This document shows, piece by piece, positions 19,645 through 28,380 of a DNA stretch of 50,168 bases; the stretch's first letter is position 1, and the number at the start of each line of letters is the position of its first letter. The stretch lies in the NCBI GenBank assembly GCA_017958565.1, contig JAGDCJ010000039.1, positions 1 to 50,168 on the forward strand. Direction: 5' to 3'. The DNA comes from Opitutales bacterium (GTDB lineage Bacteria; Verrucomicrobiota; Verrucomicrobiia; Opitutales; UBA9783). The notes beneath the pieces were generated by a model. That model was given only the letters and a program-made list of their open reading frames with translations. It had not been told where the DNA came from and searched no databases. The position numbers and the translations under genes were made by a program.

Positions 19645-20745
19645 TCATTTTTGCAACATCCGAAAAGGCGAATACAAATCGCGCGATAAATTGACCAACA
19701 AACCGATTAAACAGGCGTTCGCTACCAAATTCGAACCCCCATAACTTAAAAACGGAAGCGCAATTCCTTTTGTTGGAAGAAGCCCTGTGATCACCCCCAA
19801 GTTGAGAAAAACTTGAATAGTAATAAAACAAACAGCCCCTAATCCCACGTAAAACAGAAAACAATCGGTTTGTTGGCGGACAATTCGAAGACCTGCATAG
19901 GCAATGGCGCCAAAGCAACACAAGAGGATCACTGCGTGAACAATGCCCAATTCTTCCGCTAAAACTGCACCGATAAAATCGGTATGCGCTTCGGGTAAAA
20001 AGAAAAACTGCTGCCGTCCTTGCCCCAAACCGCATCCAAACCATCCACCGGAAGAAAACGCGAGCAAGCTTTGCCAAAGTTGATACCCACCAGCCGTTCG
20101 ATTGTTTTCTAAATCCAAAAACGCTAAAATACGACGCAAGCGTACCGGGTTGCAGTAGACCGCAATACTAAACAAAAGGGAAGATACAACGGTTGCTGGC
20201 AAAAGGAAAGCTAATCGAAGACCGCGTATAAAAAGCAATAAAACCGCTACCAAACCAAACAGCGCCGTCGTTCCAAAATCCGGCTCCACGATTAATAATC
20301 CGCAAAAAATTCCCACGACCAACATAGGCCGTACAAAACCTTTCCAAAAGCCTTGATTTTCCTCCATATGATGACTGAGAAAATAGGCAAAAAATAAAAT
20401 AAACCCTACCTTCGCCGGTTCCGATGCTTGCAATCGCAGCCCTCCGCATTCGATCCATCGGTGAGAACCCTTAATGCTACGACTCACCCCTGGCAAGAGT
20501 ACCAACATCAGCAACCCGATGGTACCCATGCCAATCCAAAGGCCAAAACGCTGTAATTTTTGTAGATGAATGTAGGCAAAAAAAAGAAAAAAACAAAAAG
20601 CGATGCCACACCACATACATTGCTTGATAAAAAGGGTACTCCCTCTCGGAAGCGGTTGTGTGCTGCTCCGCAGCATCAACAAACCGTAAAACGTTAAGAC
20701 AAAACTAAAAAAAAGAAGAGCGATCCGTGATCGAGAATTACTCAT
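19645..20745 (-). CDS. ftsW: FtsW/RodA/SpoVE (SEDS) family peptidoglycan polymerase
   Basis: 366 aa and polytopic. EPAKV, PDFGT, LPEAHTDFI and LPFLSYGGSN motifs are present, and the position upstream of murG fits ftsW. Confidence 0.88.
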   Translation of the reverse strand: MSNSRSRIALLFFSFVLTFYGLLMLRSSTQPLPRGSTLFIKQCMWCGIAFCFFLFFAYIHLQKLQRFGLWIGMGTIGLLMLVLLPGVSRSIKGSHRWIECGGLRLQASEPAKVGFILFFAYFLSHHMEENQGFWKGFVRPMLVVGIFCGLLIVEPDFGTTALFGLVAVLLLFIRGLRLAFLLPATVVSSLLFSIAVYCNPVRLRRILAFLDLENNRTAGGYQLWQSLLAFSSGGWFGCGLGQGRQQFFFLPEAHTDFIGAVLAEELGIVHAVILLCCFGAIAYAGLRIVRQQTDCFLFYVGLGAVCFITIQVFLNLGVITGLLPTKGIALPFLSYGGSNLVANACLIGLLVNLSRDLYSPFRMLQK

Positions 20746-21940
20746 GCTTCTCGTTCATCGGAATCGGCATGTCTTTATTTTCTTCAAACAAATCCTTAAA
20801 CTCCTTAAATTCGCTTTCTTCGTCTTCTTTCGGTTTTTCCTTTATTTCAACGGCCTGGCTCGGTTCTGACCCAAATGGATCCGCTGTTTGCTCCAACGAA
20901 CGTGAAGCAGCAGCAACCGGCGAAGAAGAAGACTTACAAATCGATAAAACCTGCCCGATTTGCAAACGATCTGGGTCCATTTGTGGATTGCACCGTTTGA
21001 GTTCCGAAACGGATACATGGCATCGTTTTGCAATCCCCCATAGCGTATCGCCCGATTGCACCTGGTAAGTATCTCCTGAAATTATTTTCTGAGGAGAAGG
21101 AACCGTAGATGGCTTCTTTGGAGAAATTCCGGTTTCAGAAACGACCAACGTTTGACCCACGTAAATCGTATCGCGTGTTAAATGGTTCCATTCTCGCAAA
21201 TTCGCAACCGTGGTTCCACATCGAGCTGCAATACGGGTTAACGTATCGCCCTTTTGCACACAATAGGTTCCTTTCCCGGACGAAGAATCCTTTGCTGAAA
21301 AAGAACCCTTACAAGATCCATTTTGGGGAATGATCAACGTTTGTTCAACGAACAGCTTATTTTTATTTGCTAACGAATTCGCTTGTTGCAACTGTTCTAC
21401 AGAAACACGAAAGCGTCGCGCAATGCGAGTTAAGGTATCCCCTTTTTGTACGCGATAACGCTCACCCTTCATCGGTTCCGGCTCTACTACAGGTGGAACA
21501 TCGGAAGAGGACGCATCATCACCTTGAGGAATCGATAAAATTTGCCCTACCCTTAACTTGTTTTTATTTCTCAAGTGATTCTCTTGCATCAATTGAAACA
21601 CCGAAACATGAAAGCGTCGCGCAATCTTGGTTAACGTATCCCCTTTGCAAACCACATAAAGGGAAGTACTCTCAGGAACTTCGTTTTCCTCAACCGGCTC
21701 TTCTTTCGGCTCTGGGCGACGAGGAACCGCACGAATCGACGGTTCCGTTCGTTGTATACCTGCATCCTGCTGAGCCAACGTACCGTCTCCTATTACGGTA
21801 GTGGTGGAAGCAATCGTTGGTTCTGACGCTGTTTTTTTGTTCCAGTTCCAAAAATCAAGGCTACAACCTTGTAAGAAAAGGCATGCGCCTATAAGAACAC
21901 TTTTAGGAGAAATTTTTCGAAAAGCAAGAGAAGGCAACAT
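20738..21940 (-). CDS. lipoprotein with four tandem LysM peptidoglycan-binding domains and no recognisable catalytic domain
   Basis: Lipobox LFLQGC (Cys26). There are four copies of Y-x-V-x-x-GDTL-x-x-IA-x-R...(V/I)GQ-x-L. The stop overlaps the ftsW start by 8 nt (ATGAGTAA). Confidence 0.85.
   Translation of the reverse strand: MLPSLAFRKISPKSVLIGACLFLQGCSLDFWNWNKKTASEPTIASTTTVIGDGTLAQQDAGIQRTEPSIRAVPRRPEPKEEPVEENEVPESTSLYVVCKGDTLTKIARRFHVSVFQLMQENHLRNKNKLRVGQILSIPQGDDASSSDVPPVVEPEPMKGERYRVQKGDTLTRIARRFRVSVEQLQQANSLANKNKLFVEQTLIIPQNGSCKGSFSAKDSSSGKGTYCVQKGDTLTRIAARCGTTVANLREWNHLTRDTIYVGQTLVVSETGISPKKPSTVPSPQKIISGDTYQVQSGDTLWGIAKRCHVSVSELKRCNPQMDPDRLQIGQVLSICKSSSSPVAAASRSLEQTADPFGSEPSQAVEIKEKPKEDEESEFKEFKDLFEENKDMPIPMNEKHE
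20939..21658 (-). repeat. intragenic tandem repeat (4 LysM modules, ~200-nt period)
   Basis: Modules 1 and 2 are also similar at the DNA level. For example, plus-strand gaaacacgaaagcgtcgcgcaatgcgagttaaggtatcccc (~21402) resembles gaaacatgaaagcgtcgcgcaatcttggttaacgtatcccc (~21603). Confidence 0.6.
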
Positions 21941-21996
21941 ATTAATTAACTTCTTTTAGATTAGAGACGATCGAAAGAAAATGCAAATCTTTTTGT

Positions 21997-22482
21997 TCAG
22001 GTTTTCGGAACTTCCCGTGAAACCCACCGTTGCACTTCAAAATCCGCTGTTTTTTTTACAATCGCCTCTTTTCTAAAAAATTTTTCGAATGGAGGGAAAA
22101 AAGCATCTCCTTCCACCTCCTGTTGGATCACCGATAGCAACAATTCTACACATTGCGGCAAAAATTGCGCATATACAGTAGCGCCTCCGCAAATCCACAC
22201 CGTTTTAATCGAGGCAGGCAATTGCTGAAGGTTGGCAATCGTGAAAACTCCCTCCTTTTTTATAGGTTGTTTCGTGAGAACGTACGTGGTCCGATCCAGC
22301 AACGGCCGACATCCCATGGATTCAAACGTTTTCCGTCCCATGACAAGCGTTTGATGGAGCGTTGTTTGCCGAAACCATTGCAACTCTTCCGACAAATGCC
22401 ACGGCAAACGCTGATCCCGTCCAATTACCCGATTTCGGGACATCGCTGCAATCGCTTTGAAAATAGGCATTTTGCAAAACAT
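21997..22482 (-). CDS. folA: dihydrofolate reductase
   Basis: VIGRDQRLPW, LVMGRKTFES and VWICGGATVY are present. ATG 22482 overlaps the thyA stop (TAATG). An alternative ATG lies at 22470, and the ORF-track start 22515 is a GTG inside thyA. Confidence 0.85.
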   Translation of the reverse strand: MFCKMPIFKAIAAMSRNRVIGRDQRLPWHLSEELQWFRQTTLHQTLVMGRKTFESMGCRPLLDRTTYVLTKQPIKKEGVFTIANLQQLPASIKTVWICGGATVYAQFLPQCVELLLSVIQQEVEGDAFFPPFEKFFRKEAIVKKTADFEVQRWVSREVPKT

Positions 22483-23279
22483 TACACCGCAACCGGAGCG
22501 GTAATCGTAGGCCACGGATCATAGTTTTCCAACCGAACCGATGCAAACGTAAAATGATTGATATTGGTAATCGTTGGATCCAGCGTTACCGTCGGTAACG
22601 GTTTCGGCTTGCGGGACAATTGCGTCCTCACTTGCTCGCAATGATTTTTGTAAATATGAGCATCCCCTATCGTATGAATCAACGTTCCTGGCTTCAAATG
22701 GCATACCTGTGCGATCATATACGTCAGCAAAGCGTAGGAAGCGATATTAAACGGAACCCCTAAAAACAAATCACCGCTTCGTTGATAAAGCTGACAACTG
22801 AGCGTTCCGTTTGTATGCACGTAAAATTGGAAAAGAGAATGGCAGGGAGGTAGCGCCATCCGATCCAATTCTCCCACGTTCCAAGCAGAAACGATGTGCC
22901 GACGGCCAAAAGGATTTTTTTGAATTCCTTCGATCACAGTTTGGATCTGGTCTATGAGGCGACCATCAGCTCCTTTCCAATGTCGCCATTGCGCTCCGTA
23001 CACCGGCCCCAAATCCCCCTTTTCATCGGCCCACTCATTCCAAATACGCACACCATGTTCTTGCAAAAAACGAACATTGGTATCACCGGACAAAAACCAC
23101 AGCAACTCGTACACAATCGATTTAAAATGGACTTTTTTGGTCGTCAGCAGCGGAAATTGCTGAGAAAGATCGATGCGCATTTGTGTCCCAAACACGCTGA
23201 TCGTTCCGACACCCGTGCGATCCAAACGCTCTTCTCCGTGTTCCAAAACGTACCTCAATACATCCAAATAAACTTGCAT
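22482..23279 (-). CDS. thyA: thymidylate synthase (ThyA type)
   Basis: 265 aa with an ATG start. Contains RTGVGT, the LPPCH active-site Cys, [21 protein letters not shown] and DAHIY. Confidence 0.93.
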   Translation of the reverse strand: MQVYLDVLRYVLEHGEERLDRTGVGTISVFGTQMRIDLSQQFPLLTTKKVHFKSIVYELLWFLSGDTNVRFLQEHGVRIWNEWADEKGDLGPVYGAQWRHWKGADGRLIDQIQTVIEGIQKNPFGRRHIVSAWNVGELDRMALPPCHSLFQFYVHTNGTLSCQLYQRSGDLFLGVPFNIASYALLTYMIAQVCHLKPGTLIHTIGDAHIYKNHCEQVRTQLSRKPKPLPTVTLDPTITNINHFTFASVRLENYDPWPTITAPVAV

Positions 23280-23352
23280 CGTTTTCTTTTGATTATAAAA
23301 AAATTCTCTTCTGAAAATAGCAAAAAACAGGAAGGAAGCTACAAAAAATTTT

Positions 23353-23826
23353 TTACAATCCCAGCCCTCGACCGGCGTTCTGGCTCAATTTTTCCTGCAA
23401 CGCAGCTTGAAATTGTACTAAATCTTCTTGCGAGGGCCGATACCCTGGTTGGGTAGGTTGCAACGATAAGCGACCGAATCGATCCAATCCCCAAGTGGCG
23501 GTTTTCCCATCCGAAAACGTCACGCTCCCGTTCGTAACCATTCCCGGGCGCATAACGGGATCGACCGATACGCGCACCAAGCCCTCTTCCACCACTTCGC
23601 CTTCCATGGGATCCAAGGAAGATGCTGTTGTTTTTGGCTCCGACTTTACCGGTTCTGGCGCAAATTGCAAATCCCAATCATCCATCAAAAATCGCGTTTC
23701 TAAGTACGTCAGGTGGATTCGAAACGTTTCGTTGATTTTTGTTTGTAGCTCTCCGATGGAATGCAGCTTCGGCATCCAATTACGAATTTGCTCAATTTGT
23801 TCAGAAGAAAAAGCAGACGTAGTCAT
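23353..23826 (-). CDS. hypothetical protein (157 aa) immediately downstream of dnaA
   Basis: Clean ORF with an ATG start, co-oriented with dnaA and thyA. I recognise no motif in it. Confidence 0.55.
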   Translation of the reverse strand: MTTSAFSSEQIEQIRNWMPKLHSIGELQTKINETFRIHLTYLETRFLMDDWDLQFAPEPVKSEPKTTASSLDPMEGEVVEEGLVRVSVDPVMRPGMVTNGSVTFSDGKTATWGLDRFGRLSLQPTQPGYRPSQEDLVQFQAALQEKLSQNAGRGLGL

Positions 23827-23967
23827 TACATTCTTTACATGTTCTTAGAATAAAAATGAACAAAAATTTTTCAAGTTTTTCTGCAAAAACAAAAAGATCT
23901 TATCGGAAAAATTTTTAAAAACCTCTTTACGAAGGGAAAATTTCCGACCCTCGTTTGCAAGCCAACG

Positions 23968-25314
23968 CTAATTTTTTCGCACCAACTTTTGCTGTAAAAA
24001 TTGCAACGTACGTTGCGTGGTTGGTTCTTGCTGCAAAGTATTTTCCACGGTTTTGCAGGCATGAATCACGGTCCCATGATCACGTCCACCGAAGGCAATC
24101 CCAATTTCTTCCAATGAAGATTGTGTCAAAATGCGACAAAGGTACATCCCCACTTGCCGCGGAAAAGCAATGGCGTTAGGCCTTTTCTTCCCCAACAAAT
24201 CCGTCATGGTAATGTGATAAAAATCACAAATCTGCTTTTGAATATCCTCAATCGTTACTTGCGAGGCCAATTCTTCCTGAAAAATATCGTACAAAAGCTC
24301 TTCTACTTTATGAAGCGATAAATCGGACACATGCATCCATTTTTGATAACCGGCAATGCGGTTTAAGGCACCTTCCATTCGGCGTACATTGCGCGTTACC
24401 CGTTGCGCTAAAAATTCAATTACCGACGGGCTTAACGTCAATTGCATGGACTGTGCTTTTCGGGTCAAAATCGCCACACGAGTCTCAAAATCTGGCGCTT
24501 GAATATCACCAACAAACCCCCACTGGAAACGAGAAACCAGCCGACTTTCTAGTTTCGCAATTTCTCCGGCTGGACGGTCGCTACACAGCACGATTTGCTT
24601 TTGTGATTCAAACAATTCGTTAAACGTGTGAAAAAATTCTTCCTGGATTCGCTCTTTGCTGGCCAAAAAATGAATGTCGTCGATTAAAAGCACATCGGCT
24701 TTTCTGTATTTGCGACGAAAGGAAGGAAGGTGATTTTCTTGAAGCGCACTGATAAATTCGTTCGTAAATCGTTCCGTGGTGAGGTACATGACCTTCGCAG
24801 ATGCCATATGCTGATGGATAAAATTACCCATCGCTCGCATTAAGTGCGTTTTCCCCAAACCGGTATTCCCATAAATAAAAAGCGGATTGTACGCTTTTCC
24901 GGGAGCATTGGCAACGGCAACGGAAGCAGCGTAAGCCAATTGATTGTTCGCCCCTACCACAAAATTTTCGAAGGTATAAGAAGCCGACAACCCGTTGCAT
25001 ACACGGGAAGGAACGGTTTCAGAGGGAATAAAAGGAACCGAAGGAAGTTCAGGCGCAACCGCAGATTCTTGCATAGGTAACGCTTTGAACGTTAAATGAA
25101 CGGGATGCCCAACGAACTGTGCCACCTTTTGCTCCAACAAATCCTGATAATTATCTTGGATCCACATCGCTGCAAAATCATTGTTCGCAACCAATGTCCA
25201 TTGGCTATTCTCGCACTCTCCTTCCGCTTGCAAGGGCTGAAACCAGGTACGGTATAAATCTTCCGACAAGCGATTTTTTAACTCCTGCTTTAACTGCTCC
25301 AACAAATTCCTCAT
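23968..25314 (-). CDS. dnaA: chromosomal replication initiator DnaA
   Basis: 448 aa. Contains Walker A GNTGLGKTHL, Walker B LLIDDIHF, sensor/box VII motifs and a C-terminal DNA-binding domain (IAFPRQVGMYLCR...GGRDHGTVIHA). Confidence 0.93.
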   Translation of the reverse strand: MRNLLEQLKQELKNRLSEDLYRTWFQPLQAEGECENSQWTLVANNDFAAMWIQDNYQDLLEQKVAQFVGHPVHLTFKALPMQESAVAPELPSVPFIPSETVPSRVCNGLSASYTFENFVVGANNQLAYAASVAVANAPGKAYNPLFIYGNTGLGKTHLMRAMGNFIHQHMASAKVMYLTTERFTNEFISALQENHLPSFRRKYRKADVLLIDDIHFLASKERIQEEFFHTFNELFESQKQIVLCSDRPAGEIAKLESRLVSRFQWGFVGDIQAPDFETRVAILTRKAQSMQLTLSPSVIEFLAQRVTRNVRRMEGALNRIAGYQKWMHVSDLSLHKVEELLYDIFQEELASQVTIEDIQKQICDFYHITMTDLLGKKRPNAIAFPRQVGMYLCRILTQSSLEEIGIAFGGRDHGTVIHACKTVENTLQQEPTTQRTLQFLQQKLVRKN

Positions 25315-25609
25315 GCAACTTTTTAAGACTTATTCACACATTTTTCGCTCAAATGCTCGCAAAAAACAACCCTTTTGCTTGGAAGCCTCTTTTGATCCCG
25401 ATTTTTTCTTCGCAAATGGAACTTTTCATAGACTAAATCAGGTTTAACAAGCATTTTCTTCCCAAAAATTTTTATCCAATAGGAGGGTCTTTACGCGTTT
25501 CTTTTTCAAGAAAATTGATTTTTCATGCTCCGACAAGGAAAACTTATTTACAAATTGTTCACAAGTCAAATAATCGAGGATAAAAGCTCGTAAAAAAGGA
25601 CAAATTTTT
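25315..25609. promoter_or_regulatory. dnaA upstream spacer with degenerate DnaA boxes; candidate oriC and/or autoregulated dnaA promoter
   Basis: Box-like 9-mers are TTATTCACA (25330-25338, 1 mismatch to TTATCCACA), TTATCCAAT (25472-25480), TTATTTACA (25544-25552) and TTGTTCACA (25555-25563). AT-rich tracts are present. Predominant gene orientation switches from minus (left) to plus (right) here. Confidence 0.4.
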
Positions 25610-26176
25610 TTGAAAAACCATTCTTCCCCTCGTAAAAGAGAAAAGTTTTCACAAACCGAATTGTTGGATCTTTCGTATGATCGATCCTTTTTGCAACAAT
25701 CCGCCGTTCATGTCGCACGTCAACTGATTGGATTTCGCTTGTGTCGGTATTGGGAAGGGAAGGTTTTCATGAAGGTAATTACAGAAACCGAAGCCTATAT
25801 GGGAGAAGAAGATGGTGCTTCTCATGCTCGTTTTGGTCGGACCAATCGCAATGCACCCATGTATGGGCCTCCTGGAATATGGTATGTGTATGTATGTTAC
25901 GGAATACATGCCATGTTAAACCTGGTCACCGGGCGTGAAAACGAACCAGCAGCAGTTTTACTGCGCTCTGTACAAAACGTTTCGGGCCCCGGTCGTCTGA
26001 CCCAATGGTTTCATGTTACTCGTTCTCTAAACGGACAACCTTGCGAACCTTCCTCAGGGCTATGGTTATTACCACCCACCGAACGCTTTTCGGTACATAC
26101 CGCACCGCGAATCGGAATCAATTACGCAGGGAAAGAATGGGCCCAAAAACCGTGGCGCTTTATCGCAGAAATATAA
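25610..26176 (+). CDS. DNA-3-methyladenine glycosylase (Mpg/AAG family)
   Basis: ARQLIGFRL, ITETEAY, DGASHA, GIWYVYVCYGIHAMLN and GPGRL are typical of the AAG family. The start is a TTG at 25610, and there is no in-frame ATG upstream of the conserved core. Confidence 0.82.
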   Translation: MKNHSSPRKREKFSQTELLDLSYDRSFLQQSAVHVARQLIGFRLCRYWEGKVFMKVITETEAYMGEEDGASHARFGRTNRNAPMYGPPGIWYVYVCYGIHAMLNLVTGRENEPAAVLLRSVQNVSGPGRLTQWFHVTRSLNGQPCEPSSGLWLLPPTERFSVHTAPRIGINYAGKEWAQKPWRFIAEI

Positions 26177-26247
26177 ATCGGACCCAATTTCCATCTTTGC
26201 TTACCTTTCTTCTTGTAACCAAAAGCAAAAAAATCCACGATAAAAGA

Positions 26248-26991
26248 ATGCGACGAACCGGTTGGGCTTTCTTCTTAGGTGGCCTTCTTTTTTTGATTGG
26301 ATTTTTTTTAGGGAAAGGTCCAAGCAAAAAAGAAACAACCTGCCTGGAAACCGAAGACCCTTTTTTTCAAAAAGCACAGCAATGTTTGCGAGAAAACCGT
26401 GCAGAAGAAGCGTTTTTGTTCTTAAATCGCTTCATCGATGAACGGCAAATCCATTGCCCGGAAACGCATTTCCAACTAGGGCAATTGTCCGTCAAGCGCG
26501 ATCCGATCCTGTCGATTTACCATTTCCAACAATACTTATTGCAAGCTCCCAACGGGGTTCGCTCGAAATTGGTCCTGCAATTGATCGAAACCGCTAAAAA
26601 AGAATTTTCCCGATCGTTACCGCTCAGCAATCGCACCCTAGAAACGCCAGAATTTTTACAATTAACCGAATCCTTTCAACGAATGCGAGAAGAAAACGCG
26701 CAGTTAAAAAAACAACTGGCGCAAGCTCGTTTTTCGCAAACACCGGCGCATGAACGATTCGGTGAAAACGTTACCCCGGTCGCGCTAGAAGAAATGCAGC
26801 AAGATCGATGGTACGTCGTACAACATGAAGATTCTCTTTCCAAGATCAGCTCCAAAATGTACGGAACCGCGGTGCAATGGCATCGGATTTATGAAGCAAA
26901 CCGCGCAATTTTACCATCAGCCAACAGCTTAAAAATTGGGATGAAATTACGCATTCCGGCCTGGACACCTAAAGCCAAGCAAAAACCATGA
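26248..26991 (+). CDS. membrane-anchored protein with helical/coiled-coil region and C-terminal LysM domain
   Basis: ATG 26248 gives MRRTGWAFFLGGLLFLIGFF (TM anchor). The C-terminus YVVQHEDSLSKISSKMYG...IGMKLRIP is a LysM domain. The stop overlaps the ruvC start (ATGA). The upstream part of ORF 26005-26991 overlaps mpg. Confidence 0.7.
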   Translation: MRRTGWAFFLGGLLFLIGFFLGKGPSKKETTCLETEDPFFQKAQQCLRENRAEEAFLFLNRFIDERQIHCPETHFQLGQLSVKRDPILSIYHFQQYLLQAPNGVRSKLVLQLIETAKKEFSRSLPLSNRTLETPEFLQLTESFQRMREENAQLKKQLAQARFSQTPAHERFGENVTPVALEEMQQDRWYVVQHEDSLSKISSKMYGTAVQWHRIYEANRAILPSANSLKIGMKLRIPAWTPKAKQKP

Positions 26992-27569
26992 CCGATCATC
27001 GTCGCGTCTTATGGACGAAGCTGCTGAAACATAAAAAATCAACCGCGTTTTCGGTACAAGCCCATCCTTTTCGAGGAATCGTTTTAGGGGTGGATCCAAG
27101 TTTGCGCGGAACCGGGTTCTTTCTCCTAAAAGTTTTGGATGCGCATTCGATGGAACGGCTCGATTCGCTTACGCTAACCTTATCACCCAAAGAATCCTTC
27201 GTTGCGTGCCTAGGAAAGATTTTTTCTACCACCGAGCAGTGGTTAGAAAAAGTTCCCGTTCAAGCGGTTGCAATTGAACGAACCGTTTATGTGCAAAATT
27301 CTCGGACGGCGCATATTTTAGGCTCTGCCCGCGGGGCATGTTTAGCAGCCGTTGCCCTTCGATCGCTGCCAGTGATGGAATTTTCACCCGCGCGCATTAA
27401 AAAGGCAGCAACGGGAAACGGCCAAGCGATCAAGGAACAAGTGGCGCACATGGTTAAACAAATCTTGCACCTGCCTCAACCTTTACCACCGGACGAATCC
27501 GACGCTGCTGCGGCCGCTCTTTGCTACGTCTTCTCATTAAAAAGCTTGAAAGGTCCCACAGTTTCTTGA
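26988..27569 (+). CDS. ruvC: crossover junction endodeoxyribonuclease RuvC
   Basis: Contains IVLGVDPSLRGTGF (catalytic Asp), AIERTVY and PPDESDAAAAAL. There is a ~28-aa N-terminal extension relative to typical RuvC. Confidence 0.86.
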   Translation: MTDHRRVLWTKLLKHKKSTAFSVQAHPFRGIVLGVDPSLRGTGFFLLKVLDAHSMERLDSLTLTLSPKESFVACLGKIFSTTEQWLEKVPVQAVAIERTVYVQNSRTAHILGSARGACLAAVALRSLPVMEFSPARIKKAATGNGQAIKEQVAHMVKQILHLPQPLPPDESDAAAAALCYVFSLKSLKGPTVS

Positions 27570-27585
27570 TGCAATCAAAAACACA

Positions 27586-27663
27586 CGGGATGTAGCTCAG
27601 CTTGGCTAGAGCACTACGTTCGGGACGTAGGTGTCGCTGGTTCGAATCCAGTCATCCCGACCA
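27586..27663 (+). tRNA. tRNA-Pro (anticodon CGG), CCA encoded
   Basis: Hand-folded cloverleaf: acceptor cgggatg/catcccg (C1-G72), D stem gctc/gagc, anticodon stem ctacg/cgtag with loop ttCGGga, T arm gctgg-ttcgaat-ccagt, then A-CCA. Confidence 0.9.
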
Positions 27664-27717
27664 GATAGGTGGCTTTTGGCGTAAAGGGTCCCCAACAATC
27701 GGTTTATTCGTTCATTT

Positions 27718-28293
27718 ATGGCTTATTATTTAAAAAAATTTACAATTCGAAATTTTCGATCCATCAGCGACCCTGTTACATTACAATTTACCAAGGGTGA
27801 ATTAACCATTTTATGTGGCCCCAACAATAATGGAAAAACAAATTGCTTAAGAGCGATGGACTTGTTTTTCCGTATGGACCCGAAACAGTTTCAAGCGCAG
27901 AAGGATATGCCGTATCACATCACGCATGGATCAAGAGGCGGCAAAAGTCAAACAACCTTCACAGGTACTTTTGAGGACGATGAGGGAAAAGAATATATCA
28001 TAAAACAGGTATACAAAGGTAAACCAGCTACCCTTACAATAATCTTAAACAAAAGCGAGAAGAAGGAGGATCAGGAAAAAGCTAGAAACATTATAAACCA
28101 GTTTCAGTTTATTTTCGTAGAAGCTAATAATGTAAATCTACCTGAACTCATTAGGAAAATGTTTACAGAAAAAATCCTTGCACTAGGTATGAAAAAGAAC
28201 AGGGGACAAACAAAGGCACGGGAAAGACTTCAGAACTTCCAAGAGGATTGCCAGAAGGTTGTAAACAAAATCAATAAAAATTTAACCGAGTAG
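27718..28293 (+). CDS. OLD-family nuclease, N-terminal fragment (ABC-ATPase Walker A half plus helical insert); ends at an in-frame TAG
   Basis: MAYYLKKFTIRNFRSI... with Walker A GPNNNGKT (27817-27840). A Lys/Glu-rich helical tail follows. It is in the same frame as the next ORF. Confidence 0.75.
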   Translation: MAYYLKKFTIRNFRSISDPVTLQFTKGELTILCGPNNNGKTNCLRAMDLFFRMDPKQFQAQKDMPYHITHGSRGGKSQTTFTGTFEDDEGKEYIIKQVYKGKPATLTIILNKSEKKEDQEKARNIINQFQFIFVEANNVNLPELIRKMFTEKILALGMKKNRGQTKARERLQNFQEDCQKVVNKINKNLTE

Positions 28294-28380
28294 TTCCATT
28301 CCTTTTTTAAGGATTCTTCTCTTAAAAAAAAGGTTTCCGGTTGTAAATTCAACATAACATTTCCTCAGTCCTTAATCGAG

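Noticed and set aside
23827-23967. AT-rich spacer downstream of dnaA as an alternative oriC location.
   Set aside because: I could not find any 9-mer within 2 mismatches of the DnaA box there. The upstream spacer (25315-25609) has four, and it coincides with the strand-orientation switch.
27677-27688. Possible att-like remnant TGGCGTAAAGGG just right of tRNA-Pro, resembling the TGGCGGAGAGGG 3' end of tRNA-Ser that bounds the other side of the islet.
   Set aside because: Only about 9 of 12 positions match and the stretch is very short, so it is indistinguishable from chance without a statistical search.
28291-28293. Genome-wide reassignment of TAG (for example to pyrrolysine or another sense reading) as the explanation for the in-frame amber codon in the OLD-like gene.
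   Set aside because: TAG is used as an ordinary terminator by well-defined genes in the same window: sufC at 13681-13683, the DUF59 gene at 16344-16346 and the M50 protease at 17060-17062. No tRNA in the window has a CTA anticodon.
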